Under the pieces are notes generated by a model. It worked only from the letters and a program-made list of their open reading frames with translations. It was not told the origin of the DNA and ran no database searches. DNA of 64,000 nt. Origin: Tepidisphaera sp. (GTDB lineage Bacteria; Planctomycetota; Phycisphaerae; Phycisphaerales; UBA1924). The position numbers and the translations under genes are program-made. The stretch spans positions 1 through 64,000 of the forward strand of contig CP051526.1 of assembly GCA_050916045.1 (NCBI GenBank). The letters are read 5' to 3'. Below are positions 39,201-48,213 of this stretch, piece after piece. Position 1 is the stretch's first letter, and every line of letters starts with the position of its first letter.

Positions 39201-40406
39201 ATCGCGGAGCGGGCGCCGAAAGCGGATGATCCCGCCGGGTTGCCACGGAAGTTCACGTCGCTCTTTGATTTCTGCGACCGCGTGATGTCGCACGGGCAGG
39301 GCGTGATGAACAAAGCCACGCTCGAATCGCTCATCAAGTGCGGAGCGTGCGACTCGCTGCACGGGAAAGGCAACCGCGCGGCGATGATCGCTTCGATCGA
39401 GCAGGCGATGCAGGCCGCACAGAAGATTGCGGCCGACAAGGCGAGCGGTCAATCAATCCTGTTCGGTTTTTCAGAGCCCGCAGCGCAAGCAAGGGGGAAC
39501 GGAGCGGGTGCCCCGGGCGGCGCAGGCCTCCAGAAATCAACCCCCTGGCCCGAAGCGGAAGCTCTCAAGTTCGAGAAGGATGTTCTCGGGTTCTACGTCA
39601 GCAGCCATCCGCTGGATCAGTGGAAGCACTGGACAGGCGTCTTCGCGACGGGCACGACGCAGAGCATCAAGACGACCCCGCAGGACGGGCGCGTCGTTCT
39701 CGCGGGCACGGTGAACGCGACGCGGGTGCTGGTCGCGAAGAGCGGGCGGTCGGCGGGGCAGAAGATGGCGGCGGTCTCGATCGAGGACCCGTACGGCGTG
39801 GCCGAGTGCTTCATGTTCACGGATCAGTACGCGAAGTACGGGCACCTGTGCGAGATCGACAAGGCGGTGTTCGTGCTGGGGCGGGTGGACCACAAGCGGG
39901 GCGAGCCGCAGCTTCTGATCGAGAAGATCACGCCGATTGACTGTGTGCCGCTGATGCCGGGGCGGTTGCAGCTCATCGTGGATGAGACGAGGCTGAACGG
40001 GTCATCGGAGGCGGCGATTGATCGGATCGGGGAGCTTTTGGCGTCGAATCTTCAGCCGCCGACGGTGGTGACGCGGGTGAACAGCCCGGCGGCGATGGCG
40101 GCGGCGCTGGCGACGACGCCGGGGCGGAATGGTGGGGGTGGTGGGGGTGGCGGGGGGACGGCGGTGGCGGAGCGGCGGGCGGAGGCGATTGATCCGACCA
40201 CGATGTTCCCGGTGGAGCTGTTGATCGCGACGGAGGAGCAGTTCGCGGTGCTCGCGCTACCGACATCGTTGAAGCAGCCACTCGGGCCGACGCTGATCGG
40301 GGAACTGGCGAAGGTGCTCGGGCCGGATCGGGTGCGGATCATGGGGGGCGTGGCGATCGAGAAGACGCAGGAGAAGCCGCGGTGGGGCGGGCGGAAGGAA
40401 GAGTGA
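36273..40406 (+). CDS. dnaE: DNA polymerase III alpha subunit
   Basis: FVHLHLHTEYSLLDG PHP domain, RGSG, PDIDID, GLLKMDFLGL, YGFNKSH, OB fold. Confidence 0.98.
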   Translation: MADAPSKPAPPAPAIPREKQFVHLHLHTEYSLLDGGNRVDKLVARVAELGMTAVAVTDHGNIFGAASVYAACKEKGIKPILGCEAYVTPPDKPRTDRTYTGGGEGGYHLVLLCENNTGWQNLLVLASEAYLTGFYYKPRIDRELLAKHSEGLIAINGHLGSEIGEHLLDFERSGDRKYWLLAVESATWHKKTFPGRFYVELQHHIKEQNSINKHLIKLADELGLPLVCDNDSHFLKAEDHDAHDTLVCISTAKSKFDEQRMKYPEALYVKSPSEMRELFEGTYGEIGRKACDATVEIAERCNVELPLGKNNSPMVRIALPTAKSLPKHDDREFAGDLTAWYTAYCAKFNVEPFDHTPTAEELAASKTDCDAALRMLAEAGFVWRYGADAAAKSAERRARLERELKILADKNISAYFLIVWDFVNWGRQRGIPANARGSGVGTMVGYVLGLSNACPVEYGLLFERFTDPDRSEYPDIDIDLCQDGRGDVINHVRTKYGHVAQIITFGTMKARAAIRDVARVLEVSLPVADRIAKLIPETLNITLEESLEQEPELQGVYDGLRPNLERVNANLPVEQHITAERARSLLDQAMTLEGQVRHAGVHAAGVIVATRPLQEIVPLYRQTGSEENEIVTQWDGPTCEKMGLLKMDFLGLRTLSVVERAKKLIRGGLTEEAIHEAVGRKKGDGKPHPLDLDRLDYGDQCVFEMFRRGDTTGVFQFESEGMRRLLRDMKPDRLEDLIAANALFRPGPMDLIPDYNARKHGKQEVPKVHEIVDRYTGETYGVMVYQEQVMQIVHGLGGIKLRDAYTLIKNISKKKHDKIEKERPKFVEGSQKQGLTKQQAEELFELILKFAGYGFNKSHSTGYAIVAYQTAYLKTYFPSQYMAAFLTYESQANKVSEWIPYLEDARKCKCVDPLTRQPITSGIEIRPPDVNMSDADFSVVYDESDPPPAERRAHHGHMRFGLNGIKGAGEKAIRAVIAERAPKADDPAGLPRKFTSLFDFCDRVMSHGQGVMNKATLESLIKCGACDSLHGKGNRAAMIASIEQAMQAAQKIAADKASGQSILFGFSEPAAQARGNGAGAPGGAGLQKSTPWPEAEALKFEKDVLGFYVSSHPLDQWKHWTGVFATGTTQSIKTTPQDGRVVLAGTVNATRVLVAKSGRSAGQKMAAVSIEDPYGVAECFMFTDQYAKYGHLCEIDKAVFVLGRVDHKRGEPQLLIEKITPIDCVPLMPGRLQLIVDETRLNGSSEAAIDRIGELLASNLQPPTVVTRVNSPAAMAAALATTPGRNGGGGGGGGGTAVAERRAEAIDPTTMFPVELLIATEEQFAVLALPTSLKQPLGPTLIGELAKVLGPDRVRIMGGVAIEKTQEKPRWGGRKEE

Positions 40407-40475
40407 GCGTCGGTTTCGCCTCGCTTCGCCGCTTAGAAGATTGTGACCACCCCTCCCGAGGTCTCGAACGAGCGC

Positions 40476-40964
40476 TTATCCGCGTTGCTTTGCAGGACCG
40501 AGTGCTCGCCGCAGCTCATCCAGAAACTCTCTATCGGAATCCCCGGCGGTGCTGACTTTCAGCGTTCCGTCGGCGAGTGCGATCATGAGGAGCGGGCTTG
40601 AGCCTTCCACCACGCGGAACCAGCGTACGTGGCCGTAGGGTACGGAAAGGTGACGGACTTGTCGGGGCCATAGAAACCGGTAAAGCACCAAATGGCGAAG
40701 TTCAAGGCTTGCATTGGCGGGGTCAAGCTTCAGTGACGGGGGGCCGTGCGCGTAGCTGACGGCGATATGAACTGCACTTGTCCACAGTCCGATGGCGAGG
40801 GCGAAGTCGAGCGCCTTGAGAGGAACAGGCCCCGAGCGAACAAGAGCGACGAGTGTGACGAGCGCCGCACCCGCGACATGCAAGCACAAGTGGAACCAGA
40901 ACCAAGGCCCCGCATAGGGCGCGCGTGTCCAGTGCAGCTCCATCGGGCGGGGGGCGATTGACAT
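40476..40964 (-). CDS. Hypothetical membrane protein
   Basis: Two TM segments plus a short soluble tail; ORF fills the gap. Confidence 0.55.
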   Translation of the reverse strand: MSIAPRPMELHWTRAPYAGPWFWFHLCLHVAGAALVTLVALVRSGPVPLKALDFALAIGLWTSAVHIAVSYAHGPPSLKLDPANASLELRHLVLYRFLWPRQVRHLSVPYGHVRWFRVVEGSSPLLMIALADGTLKVSTAGDSDREFLDELRRALGPAKQRG

Positions 40965-40973
40965 CGAAAGATC

Positions 40974-42227
40974 TTATCGATCACGCCCCGCCCGCTCCAG
41001 GACTTCGCCGTAGGCCCGGGCCGCGACGCTGACGGTGAACTTCTCTTCGAGCGTCTTGCGGGCGTTGATACCCATTTTCCTGCAGGTTTCGGGGTCGGCC
41101 ATCATCTCGCGGAGGATCTTGACGAGGCTGTCGGGGTCGCCGATCTCGCTCCAGCGGCCGGCGTGGTTGTCCTCGACCATGGAGCGCATCTCGGACCAGG
41201 ACTCGGAGAGGGCGATGATGGGGCGGCCGACGGCGAGGGAGGAATAGAGCTTGCTCGGGAAGCTGATCCCCTCGATGCCCTTGGCGATCGTGACGAGCTG
41301 GGCATCGGAGGCGGACATCGAGTCGGAGAGCTTGTCGAAGGGTTGATACGGGAGCATGAGGACGTTGGTGAGGTTGCGGCGCTTGACCTCACCCTCGACC
41401 CACTTGCGGCGGCCGCCGCCGCCGACGAGGACCAGGCGGAAGTTCTCGTTCTTGAGGCGTTCGGCGGCTTCGAGGATGGTTTCGAACTCGTAGTAGAGCC
41501 CGATGTTGCCGGAGTACATGACGGTGAAGGGTTCGATCAGGCCGTGGGCCTTGGCGAAGTCGCTCTCGGCCTTGGGCTTGGGTGAGAGCAGGTTCGGGTC
41601 GGCCCAGTTGTGGATGACGTGGACCTTGTCTGGAGCGATGCCGTAGGTCTCACAGACGAGCTTCTTCGCGGCGTCGCAGAGGACGATGGTGCGTTCAGCG
41701 CGGCGGTAGATGAACTTGTTGACGAGGTTCCAGGTGCGATCGATGAAGCCGCCGGCTTTTATCTTCTTGACCCACACGCCGACCTGCGGATGGGCGTCGT
41801 GGAGGAGCTGGACGTACCGGTGTCGGCGGAAAAGGGAGACGGTGGCGCCGATGACGCCGAGGAAGGGCGGGTTGGTGGTGTAGAGGTGGACATCGTCGCG
41901 CCGGCTCGCAAAGAGCATCCGGAAGAAGAGGGGGAAGAAGAAGGTGAAGATGTTGATCGCGCGGCCGACCATGCGGTCCTTGGAGTACCGCGTCGTGACC
42001 ATTCGGTGAATCTCGACGCCGTCGGTCTTCTCGCGGAGGGGGCAGGGAACCCACGTGCTCGGCGGGCCGTAGGAGGGTCGGCAGGAGATGACGCGGACGG
42101 GGAAGCCCTGCTTGGCGAGGTCGCGGGCGAGCTCATCCAGCAGGTGTCCGGTCGACGCGATGTCGGGCGCGTAGTACTGGTTGAGGATGAGGATGGGCTG
42201 CCGATTCTGGCTTGGTGGTGTGGTCAT
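40974..42227 (-). CDS. Glycosyltransferase family 4 (WbuB-like)
   Basis: NQYYAPDI, TTNPPF, IHNWAD, YSGNIG, PSKLY. Confidence 0.92.
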   Translation of the reverse strand: MTTPPSQNRQPILILNQYYAPDIASTGHLLDELARDLAKQGFPVRVISCRPSYGPPSTWVPCPLREKTDGVEIHRMVTTRYSKDRMVGRAINIFTFFFPLFFRMLFASRRDDVHLYTTNPPFLGVIGATVSLFRRHRYVQLLHDAHPQVGVWVKKIKAGGFIDRTWNLVNKFIYRRAERTIVLCDAAKKLVCETYGIAPDKVHVIHNWADPNLLSPKPKAESDFAKAHGLIEPFTVMYSGNIGLYYEFETILEAAERLKNENFRLVLVGGGGRRKWVEGEVKRRNLTNVLMLPYQPFDKLSDSMSASDAQLVTIAKGIEGISFPSKLYSSLAVGRPIIALSESWSEMRSMVEDNHAGRWSEIGDPDSLVKILREMMADPETCRKMGINARKTLEEKFTVSVAARAYGEVLERAGRDR

Positions 42228-42334
42228 CGCGTTGTTTGGGTTCGGTTGGCTGCCCTGAGCGGCCCAGACTCTATATCGTTCGAACCCCGGTCGGCGTTGA
42301 GCGAGCCGGCGGAGCCAGCCGATAGACGACACAC

Positions 42335-43213
42335 ATGCCGAGCCTGACGCCCCAGATCCGCCCCCCGTACAACGGCCCCCGACCGCCGGTGTCGGTCGTC
42401 ATTTTGACCCTCGACGAGGAGATCAACATGGCGGACTGCCTGGCTTCGTGCGTCTGGTGCGACGATGTTCACGTGCTGGATTCGGGGTCCAAGGACAAAA
42501 CGGCAGAACTTGCGCGTGCCGGCGGGGCGGCGGTCCACTTCAACCCGTTCAAGTCGTTCGGGGCGCAGCGGAACTGGGCGATCGATAACATCCCGCTCAA
42601 GCACGACTGGGTCTTCCATCTCGACGCCGACGAGCGGTTCACCGTGCCGATCGTCAAGGAAATCGCTCGCGTCGTGGAGTCAAGCCCGTCCGAAGCCGGT
42701 TACTACGTCGCTAACGAGATGGTCTTCATGGGGTCGTGGATCAAGCGGGCGAGCGGGTACCCGGCCCACCAGATGCGGCTCTTTCACAAAGCCCGCATGC
42801 GGTTCTCGGATCATGGCCACGGCCAGCGCGAGGACACGACGGGCAAGCTCGGCACGCTCAAGGAGCCGTACGTCCACCACAACTTCAGCAAGGGCCTGGA
42901 CGACTGGTTCGAGCGGCACAACCGGTACAGCCGCCGGGAAGCCGACCTGATCATCGCGAACGAGGGGGAGCGGGTCGGGTTGGGTGGCCTCTTTTCGGGG
43001 GACAAGATCGTCCGCCGGCGGACGCTGAAAGCGATCGCGAGCCGGGTGCCGATGCGGGCCCAGCTACGCTGGCTTCACACGGTGCTGGTGAAGGGTGCGT
43101 GGCTCGACGGTCGCGCGGGCATGCGGTACGCGACGCTTCTATCGGTGTACGAGCGGATGATCGCGCTCAAGGTCGCGGAGAAGCGGTCCAAGCAGCCCCG
43201 GGGTGGTGCGTGA
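42335..43213 (+). CDS. Glycosyltransferase family 2
   Basis: SVVILTLDEE, VLDSGSKDKT, FGAQRNWA, LDADE. Confidence 0.93.
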   Translation: MPSLTPQIRPPYNGPRPPVSVVILTLDEEINMADCLASCVWCDDVHVLDSGSKDKTAELARAGGAAVHFNPFKSFGAQRNWAIDNIPLKHDWVFHLDADERFTVPIVKEIARVVESSPSEAGYYVANEMVFMGSWIKRASGYPAHQMRLFHKARMRFSDHGHGQREDTTGKLGTLKEPYVHHNFSKGLDDWFERHNRYSRREADLIIANEGERVGLGGLFSGDKIVRRRTLKAIASRVPMRAQLRWLHTVLVKGAWLDGRAGMRYATLLSVYERMIALKVAEKRSKQPRGGA

Positions 43214-43767
43214 GCGTGGGCGAGCCCGTTCCGGCGGCGGAGAAGGTGGTGCCGCTGGGCACGCCGTGGTCGCGCAAGCAGAACATCACGCGGGCGTTCT
43301 GGATGCTCTTCGGCCGGCTGCTGTTCCGGTGCACGCCGCGCGGTTGGCACGGCCTTCGATGCACGATCCTGCGCGGCTTTGGCGCCAAGATCGCTCGCGG
43401 CGTGCGGATCGCGCGGACGGTGGATGTTGAGATTCCGTGGACGCTCGACATCGGCAAGGGGTGCGACATCGGTGAGCACGCGATCCTGTACGGCTTGGGG
43501 CCCATCACGATCGGGGCTCGCACGGTGGTCGCGCCCTACGCGCATCTCTGTGCAGGCACGCACGACTACACCAGCCGGGTCTTTCAGCTTCTCAAGCCGC
43601 CGATCGTGATCGGGGCCGAGTGCCACATCGGCACGGACGCGTACGTCGCGCCCGAGGTGACCATCGGGGACCGGGTCGTGCTCGGGGCGAGGGCATGCGC
43701 GTACAAGGATCTCGAATCCGGCACGGTCTACACCGGAAACCCCGCGAAAGCCGTGGGAAAGCGATAG
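43210..43767 (+). CDS. Hexapeptide-repeat acetyltransferase (WcaF-like)
   Basis: GTG overlaps the GT2 stop; FGAKI, PWTLDIG, LCAGTHDY, GNPAK. Confidence 0.88.
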   Translation: MSVGEPVPAAEKVVPLGTPWSRKQNITRAFWMLFGRLLFRCTPRGWHGLRCTILRGFGAKIARGVRIARTVDVEIPWTLDIGKGCDIGEHAILYGLGPITIGARTVVAPYAHLCAGTHDYTSRVFQLLKPPIVIGAECHIGTDAYVAPEVTIGDRVVLGARACAYKDLESGTVYTGNPAKAVGKR

Positions 43768-43784
43768 GTCGGAGCGGGGCGGCC

Positions 43785-43812
43785 TGAAGCCGGGGCCCGA
43801 GAACGCCGATGC
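43785..43812 (+). promoter_or_regulatory. Putative sigma-28 (FliA) promoter
   Basis: TGAAG-N15-GCCGAT directly before the flagellin-like gene. Confidence 0.6.
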
Positions 43813-43818
43813 TCCGGC

Positions 43819-44628
43819 ATGGGACGGATGGTGTCCATGAACTTCAGCGGGCTTGCCGCGGCGCGGACGGCGTCCGACGCCAGGCGCGCGATGAACGCTT
43901 CGATGGAGCGGCTTGCAACAGGCAAGCGGATCAACCGCGCTTCGGACGATCCGGCGGGAGCGGTCGCTGTGACCGCGATGGACGCCCAGCGGAAAACGAT
44001 TACCGCGAGGATCAAGACCTTTGAACTGCAAGCCCTCGCGGTCGGCGCTCGGGATGGCGCCCTCGCGGGCTTGGGCGAACTGGTCGGACAGCTCGACGGC
44101 TTGGTCGTCGCGGCGGCGAACCGCAGCGGGATGGGCGAGGATGAACTCGCGGCTTTGCAGACCGAAGCGGATTCGATCCTGGGCGCGATCGACACGATGG
44201 CGTTCTCGCAAGCGTACCGCGGCGAACTGGTGCTTCAGGGCTGGGATGCGGGATCGATCGGCGTGTCGAAGGACGGCGAGGGCCGCCGCGTGTCGCTGAA
44301 GTCGCTCGCGAAGGGCGGGCTGCTCGACCTCTCATCCGGCGACCTCGAAACGGCGCAGCGCGTGGTGAAGGATTCGCTCTCGTCGATCGCGACGGCGCGG
44401 GCGGAAGCCGGTGCGGGCGTGAAGGGGGTGGATGCGCAGATCCGCTCGCTTCAGGAGGAGCTCATCAACCTGACCGAGGCGCAGTCGGAGGTTGAGGATG
44501 TGGACTACGCCAGCGAAGTGTCGGAGTTCGTGCGCCGGCAGGTGCTCACCGCCGCGGCGGACTTCGTGATGAAGATGACGATGGACCTGCAGAAGCAGGG
44601 CGTCCTGTCGCTGCTGGGCGCGAGGTGA
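43819..44628 (+). CDS. Flagellin-like protein (minimal, D0/D1 only)
   Basis: MERLATGKRINRASDDPAG; C-terminal EVEDVDYASEVSEF..RQVL...VLSLLG. Confidence 0.88.
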   Translation: MGRMVSMNFSGLAAARTASDARRAMNASMERLATGKRINRASDDPAGAVAVTAMDAQRKTITARIKTFELQALAVGARDGALAGLGELVGQLDGLVVAAANRSGMGEDELAALQTEADSILGAIDTMAFSQAYRGELVLQGWDAGSIGVSKDGEGRRVSLKSLAKGGLLDLSSGDLETAQRVVKDSLSSIATARAEAGAGVKGVDAQIRSLQEELINLTEAQSEVEDVDYASEVSEFVRRQVLTAAADFVMKMTMDLQKQGVLSLLGAR

Positions 44629-44677
44629 TCGGTCGGACCACTGCGCGTATCGTTCGGATTCCACAGGGAGTCCGCGC

Positions 44678-47404
44678 ATGAACCGATTCTTCTCCGTCGT
44701 TCCCGGGATCGTCATTGCGGCCGGCTTTGCCGCTTCTGCGCTCGGCCAGGATGTGGCCTACGAGAAGTACACGCTTCCCAACGGGATGACCGTGATTCTG
44801 CATGAGGACCGGTCGCTTCCGGTGGCGACGGTGAACATTTGGTACCGAGTGGGAGCTCAGGATGAACCGCCGGGCCGGAGCGGGTTTGCGCACCTTTTCG
44901 AGCACCTGATGTTCATGGGCACCAAGCGGGTCCCGGGCAACCAATTCGATGTGCTGATGGAGACTGGCGGCGGAGCCAACAACGCGTCGACCGACCTGCA
45001 CCGGACGAACTACTTCTCGTGGGGTCCGAGCACGCTGCTTCCGACGCTGCTTTGGCTTGACGCCGACCGCCTCGAGGACATGGGCCTTCAGATGAACCAG
45101 GAGAAGCTCGACAAGCAGCGGGACGTGGTCCGCAACGAGCTTCGGCAGGTCGTCGAGAACGCCCCGTACGGCAAAGCTTCGGAGATGGTGTACAAAGCCC
45201 TCTACGCACCGACGCACCCGTACTACTACGGCGTCATCGGGACGCACGAAGACCTCGAAGCCGCGAACGTCGCGAACGTCAAGGACTTCTTCGCGAATTT
45301 CTACGTTCCGAACAACGCTTCGTTGGTGATCGCGGGAGACTTTGACTCCGCGGCGGTCCGTCCGCTGGTTGACTCGCTTTTCGGCACGCTTCCCGCCGGC
45401 CAGCCGGTGACGCGGAAGTACACCAAGCCCGCGCAGGCGATCCCGGTGAAGCTCGACGGAGTGCGACGCATCACGGCGATCGACAAGGTGCAGCTTCCGA
45501 AGGTCGAGTACACGTATCACAGCCCCGTCGCTTTCGGCAACGGCGACGCGGAGATGCAACTCGCGGCGGCCGTGCTTGCGGACGGGAACTCAAGCAGGCT
45601 TTACAAGCGGCTCGTGATCGACGAACAGATCGCGGCCGAAGTGAGCGCGATGCAGCAGGGATACCCGCTGGGCGGGATGTTCCAGATCGCCGTGCTCGCC
45701 AAGCCGGACGCGGACCTCGCGCGGGTGGAAGCCCTCGTCGACGAGGAACTCGCCAAGCTGATCAAGGACGGACCCACCGCAGAGGAGCTCGACCGGTACA
45801 AAGCCACGATCGAGATGGCAACGCTCGCGAGTCTCCAGAGCATCGACCGCAAAGCGGACCGGATGAACGAGTACGAGTACTACTGGGGTGAGCCCAACAG
45901 CTTCAAGCGTGACCTGGACCGGTTCCGCAGCGCGACGCCGGCGAAGGTGCGTGAATGGGCCGAAGAGACCATCAAGCAGAACGCCCGCGTGATCGTACGC
46001 GTACTTCCGGAGGAGCCCGAGCGGGCGGCGTCTCCGCGCGACGCGAGGCCGAAGGACGGAGCGACGAGCGAGTTCAAGGTTCCCGCGCCGCAGATGGCGA
46101 CGCTTTCGAATGGGCTTCGCGTGGCGCTCTGGACGCGGAGCGATCTGCCGCTGGTGGCGCTGCATCTCGTCAGCAAGCCGGGTGGGGCGCTGGACGCCAA
46201 GGGAGCGGAGGGGCGGGCTTCGCTTGCGGCGGAGATGATGACGCAGGGCGCGGGCGAGCTTGACTCCCTGGCGTTCGGAGATGCGGTGCAGGCGATCGGA
46301 GGGTCGTTCAGCGCGAGCGCGGATCACGAAACCCTCGGTGTCTCGATGACGGTCCTCAAGCGGAACGTCGAGCGCGGGGTCGGGTTGTTCGCCGATGCGG
46401 TCGTACGCCCGAGGATGGAAGCCAAGGACTGGGAGCGGGTCAGGTCGCTTCGAGCGGACGACCTGCGTCAGGCTCTCGAATCTCCCGCCGCCGCGGCCAC
46501 GATGGTCGCCGACCGGATGGTGTACGGCGAGAGCAACCCGTACGCTTTCCCCGCCGGTGGGACCGTCAAGAGCGTCGAAGCGATGACGCTGGATCAGGTG
46601 CGAGCCGCTCGCAAGTCTCTCGTTGACCCGGCGTTCTGCACGCTTCTTGTCGCGGGTGACGTCACGCTGGCGGAGCTGACGCCGATGCTTGAGAGGGCTC
46701 TGGGCTCGTGGACGGGCGTCAATGTGCAGCCCGGGACGCGGGCGGAGTTTGCGATCCAGCCGCGAACCTCGCTTAAGCTCGCGATCGTCGATCGTCCGGG
46801 CGCGACGCAGACCATGATCCGGTTCCAGTCGCCGGGCGTGAAGTACACCGATCCGAACCGCGTGAAGCTGCGGCTCCTGAGCACCCTGCTTGGCGGCAGC
46901 TTCACCAGCCGCCTGAATCAGAATCTCCGCGAGGACCACGGGTACACCTACGGCGCGCGGTCGCGGTACGCGATGGAGATTTCCGCGGGGACGTTCAGCG
47001 CCGGCGCGAGCGTGCAGGCGGAAGTCACGGGGGCGGCGTTGCGCGAGTTCATGAAGGAGTTCAACCGCTTGCGGGCGGGCGATGTCTCCGAGGATGATGC
47101 TCGCAAGGTCCGCGAGACGGCACGCAACGAGACGGTGCGCGGGTTCCAGGGGCTTTCGGGCCTGCTCGGCGTGGCGGAAACGATGCTTGTCAACGGTCTT
47201 TCGTTCGACACCGTCGCGGCGGACATGGCGATGATCGACAAGGTGACCGCCGCCGATCTCAACGCGATCGCGAAGAGCGCGCTGCCGATCGAGTCCGGCG
47301 TGCTGGTGCTGGTCGGCGATAAAGCCCTGATCCTCGAACAGATCAAGGACCTCGGCCTCGGCGAACCCGTGTTCGTCGATGCCGAGGGGAACCCGGTGAA
47401 GTAA
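44678..47404 (+). CDS. M16 (pitrilysin/insulinase) zinc peptidase, two-half fusion, secreted
   Basis: Signal peptide, GFAHLFEHLMF (HxxEH), SRLNQNLREDHGYTYG. Confidence 0.95.
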   Translation: MNRFFSVVPGIVIAAGFAASALGQDVAYEKYTLPNGMTVILHEDRSLPVATVNIWYRVGAQDEPPGRSGFAHLFEHLMFMGTKRVPGNQFDVLMETGGGANNASTDLHRTNYFSWGPSTLLPTLLWLDADRLEDMGLQMNQEKLDKQRDVVRNELRQVVENAPYGKASEMVYKALYAPTHPYYYGVIGTHEDLEAANVANVKDFFANFYVPNNASLVIAGDFDSAAVRPLVDSLFGTLPAGQPVTRKYTKPAQAIPVKLDGVRRITAIDKVQLPKVEYTYHSPVAFGNGDAEMQLAAAVLADGNSSRLYKRLVIDEQIAAEVSAMQQGYPLGGMFQIAVLAKPDADLARVEALVDEELAKLIKDGPTAEELDRYKATIEMATLASLQSIDRKADRMNEYEYYWGEPNSFKRDLDRFRSATPAKVREWAEETIKQNARVIVRVLPEEPERAASPRDARPKDGATSEFKVPAPQMATLSNGLRVALWTRSDLPLVALHLVSKPGGALDAKGAEGRASLAAEMMTQGAGELDSLAFGDAVQAIGGSFSASADHETLGVSMTVLKRNVERGVGLFADAVVRPRMEAKDWERVRSLRADDLRQALESPAAAATMVADRMVYGESNPYAFPAGGTVKSVEAMTLDQVRAARKSLVDPAFCTLLVAGDVTLAELTPMLERALGSWTGVNVQPGTRAEFAIQPRTSLKLAIVDRPGATQTMIRFQSPGVKYTDPNRVKLRLLSTLLGGSFTSRLNQNLREDHGYTYGARSRYAMEISAGTFSAGASVQAEVTGAALREFMKEFNRLRAGDVSEDDARKVRETARNETVRGFQGLSGLLGVAETMLVNGLSFDTVAADMAMIDKVTAADLNAIAKSALPIESGVLVLVGDKALILEQIKDLGLGEPVFVDAEGNPVK

Positions 47405-47427
47405 GCGTGAAGTGAGTGCGGATCGGG

Positions 47428-48087
47428 TCAGACGTGCTTGATGACGTCCTTGGCTTCGAACCGAACCTTCTTCATGGCGCCGAACATGTCGTCGGCCGCG
47501 CGGTAGCCCGCTGTCGCCACCACGACCGCCGAGTAGCCCTGAGCCGGGAGATTCAGAATCTCGTTGTAGCCCTTGGGGTCAAAGCCCTCCATCGGGCAGG
47601 CGTCGACGCCGAGGAGGGCCGCCGCCGTCAGGAACTGACCCAGCGCGATGTAGACCTGTGAGCGGGTGTACGTCACCATGTCGCCGCCGGGGAGGCTGGG
47701 CGGGTTGGTGACCGATCCGACCATCATGTTGCGGTAGCCCTCGAGCTCAGCCTTAGGCGTGCCGCGAACTTGGGCGATCCGGTCGACATAAGCATCGACA
47801 TCCGCGGCCGTCAGATCATTCTTGCGGCAGAAGACCACCATGTGCGAAGCATCCGTGATCTGCGGCTGGTTCCACGAGACTGCACGGAGCTTCTGGCGGA
47901 TCGCCGTGTCCGCGACGACGACGAATCGCCAAGCCTGCAACCCGTAGGACGACGGTGAAAGGACCAGAGCCTGCTCGAGCGTCGACCAGAGCCCGGCGTC
48001 GATCTTCTTGCTTGGATCGAACTTTTTGGTGGCGTAGCGCCACGAGAGGGACGCGAGCAGGTCGGCGGGAGTGATGGCGTTCGGCAC
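47428..48087 (-). CDS. NAD(P)H nitroreductase (NfsB-like)
   Basis: WRYATKKFD, SPSSYGLQAW, GVDACPMEGF. Confidence 0.93.
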   Translation of the reverse strand: MPNAITPADLLASLSWRYATKKFDPSKKIDAGLWSTLEQALVLSPSSYGLQAWRFVVVADTAIRQKLRAVSWNQPQITDASHMVVFCRKNDLTAADVDAYVDRIAQVRGTPKAELEGYRNMMVGSVTNPPSLPGGDMVTYTRSQVYIALGQFLTAAALLGVDACPMEGFDPKGYNEILNLPAQGYSAVVVATAGYRAADDMFGAMKKVRFEAKDVIKHV

Positions 48088-48213
48088 GGAAGTACCTCCA
48101 GAGAAGCCCCCGGTCCTGGAAAGACCTTGAGAGCTCGACTCAATCGTATCGACAATGATCGATGCGTCAAGAAACCGGCGAAGGTCGTGCCGAAACTTGT
48201 TTCATCGTTCGGT

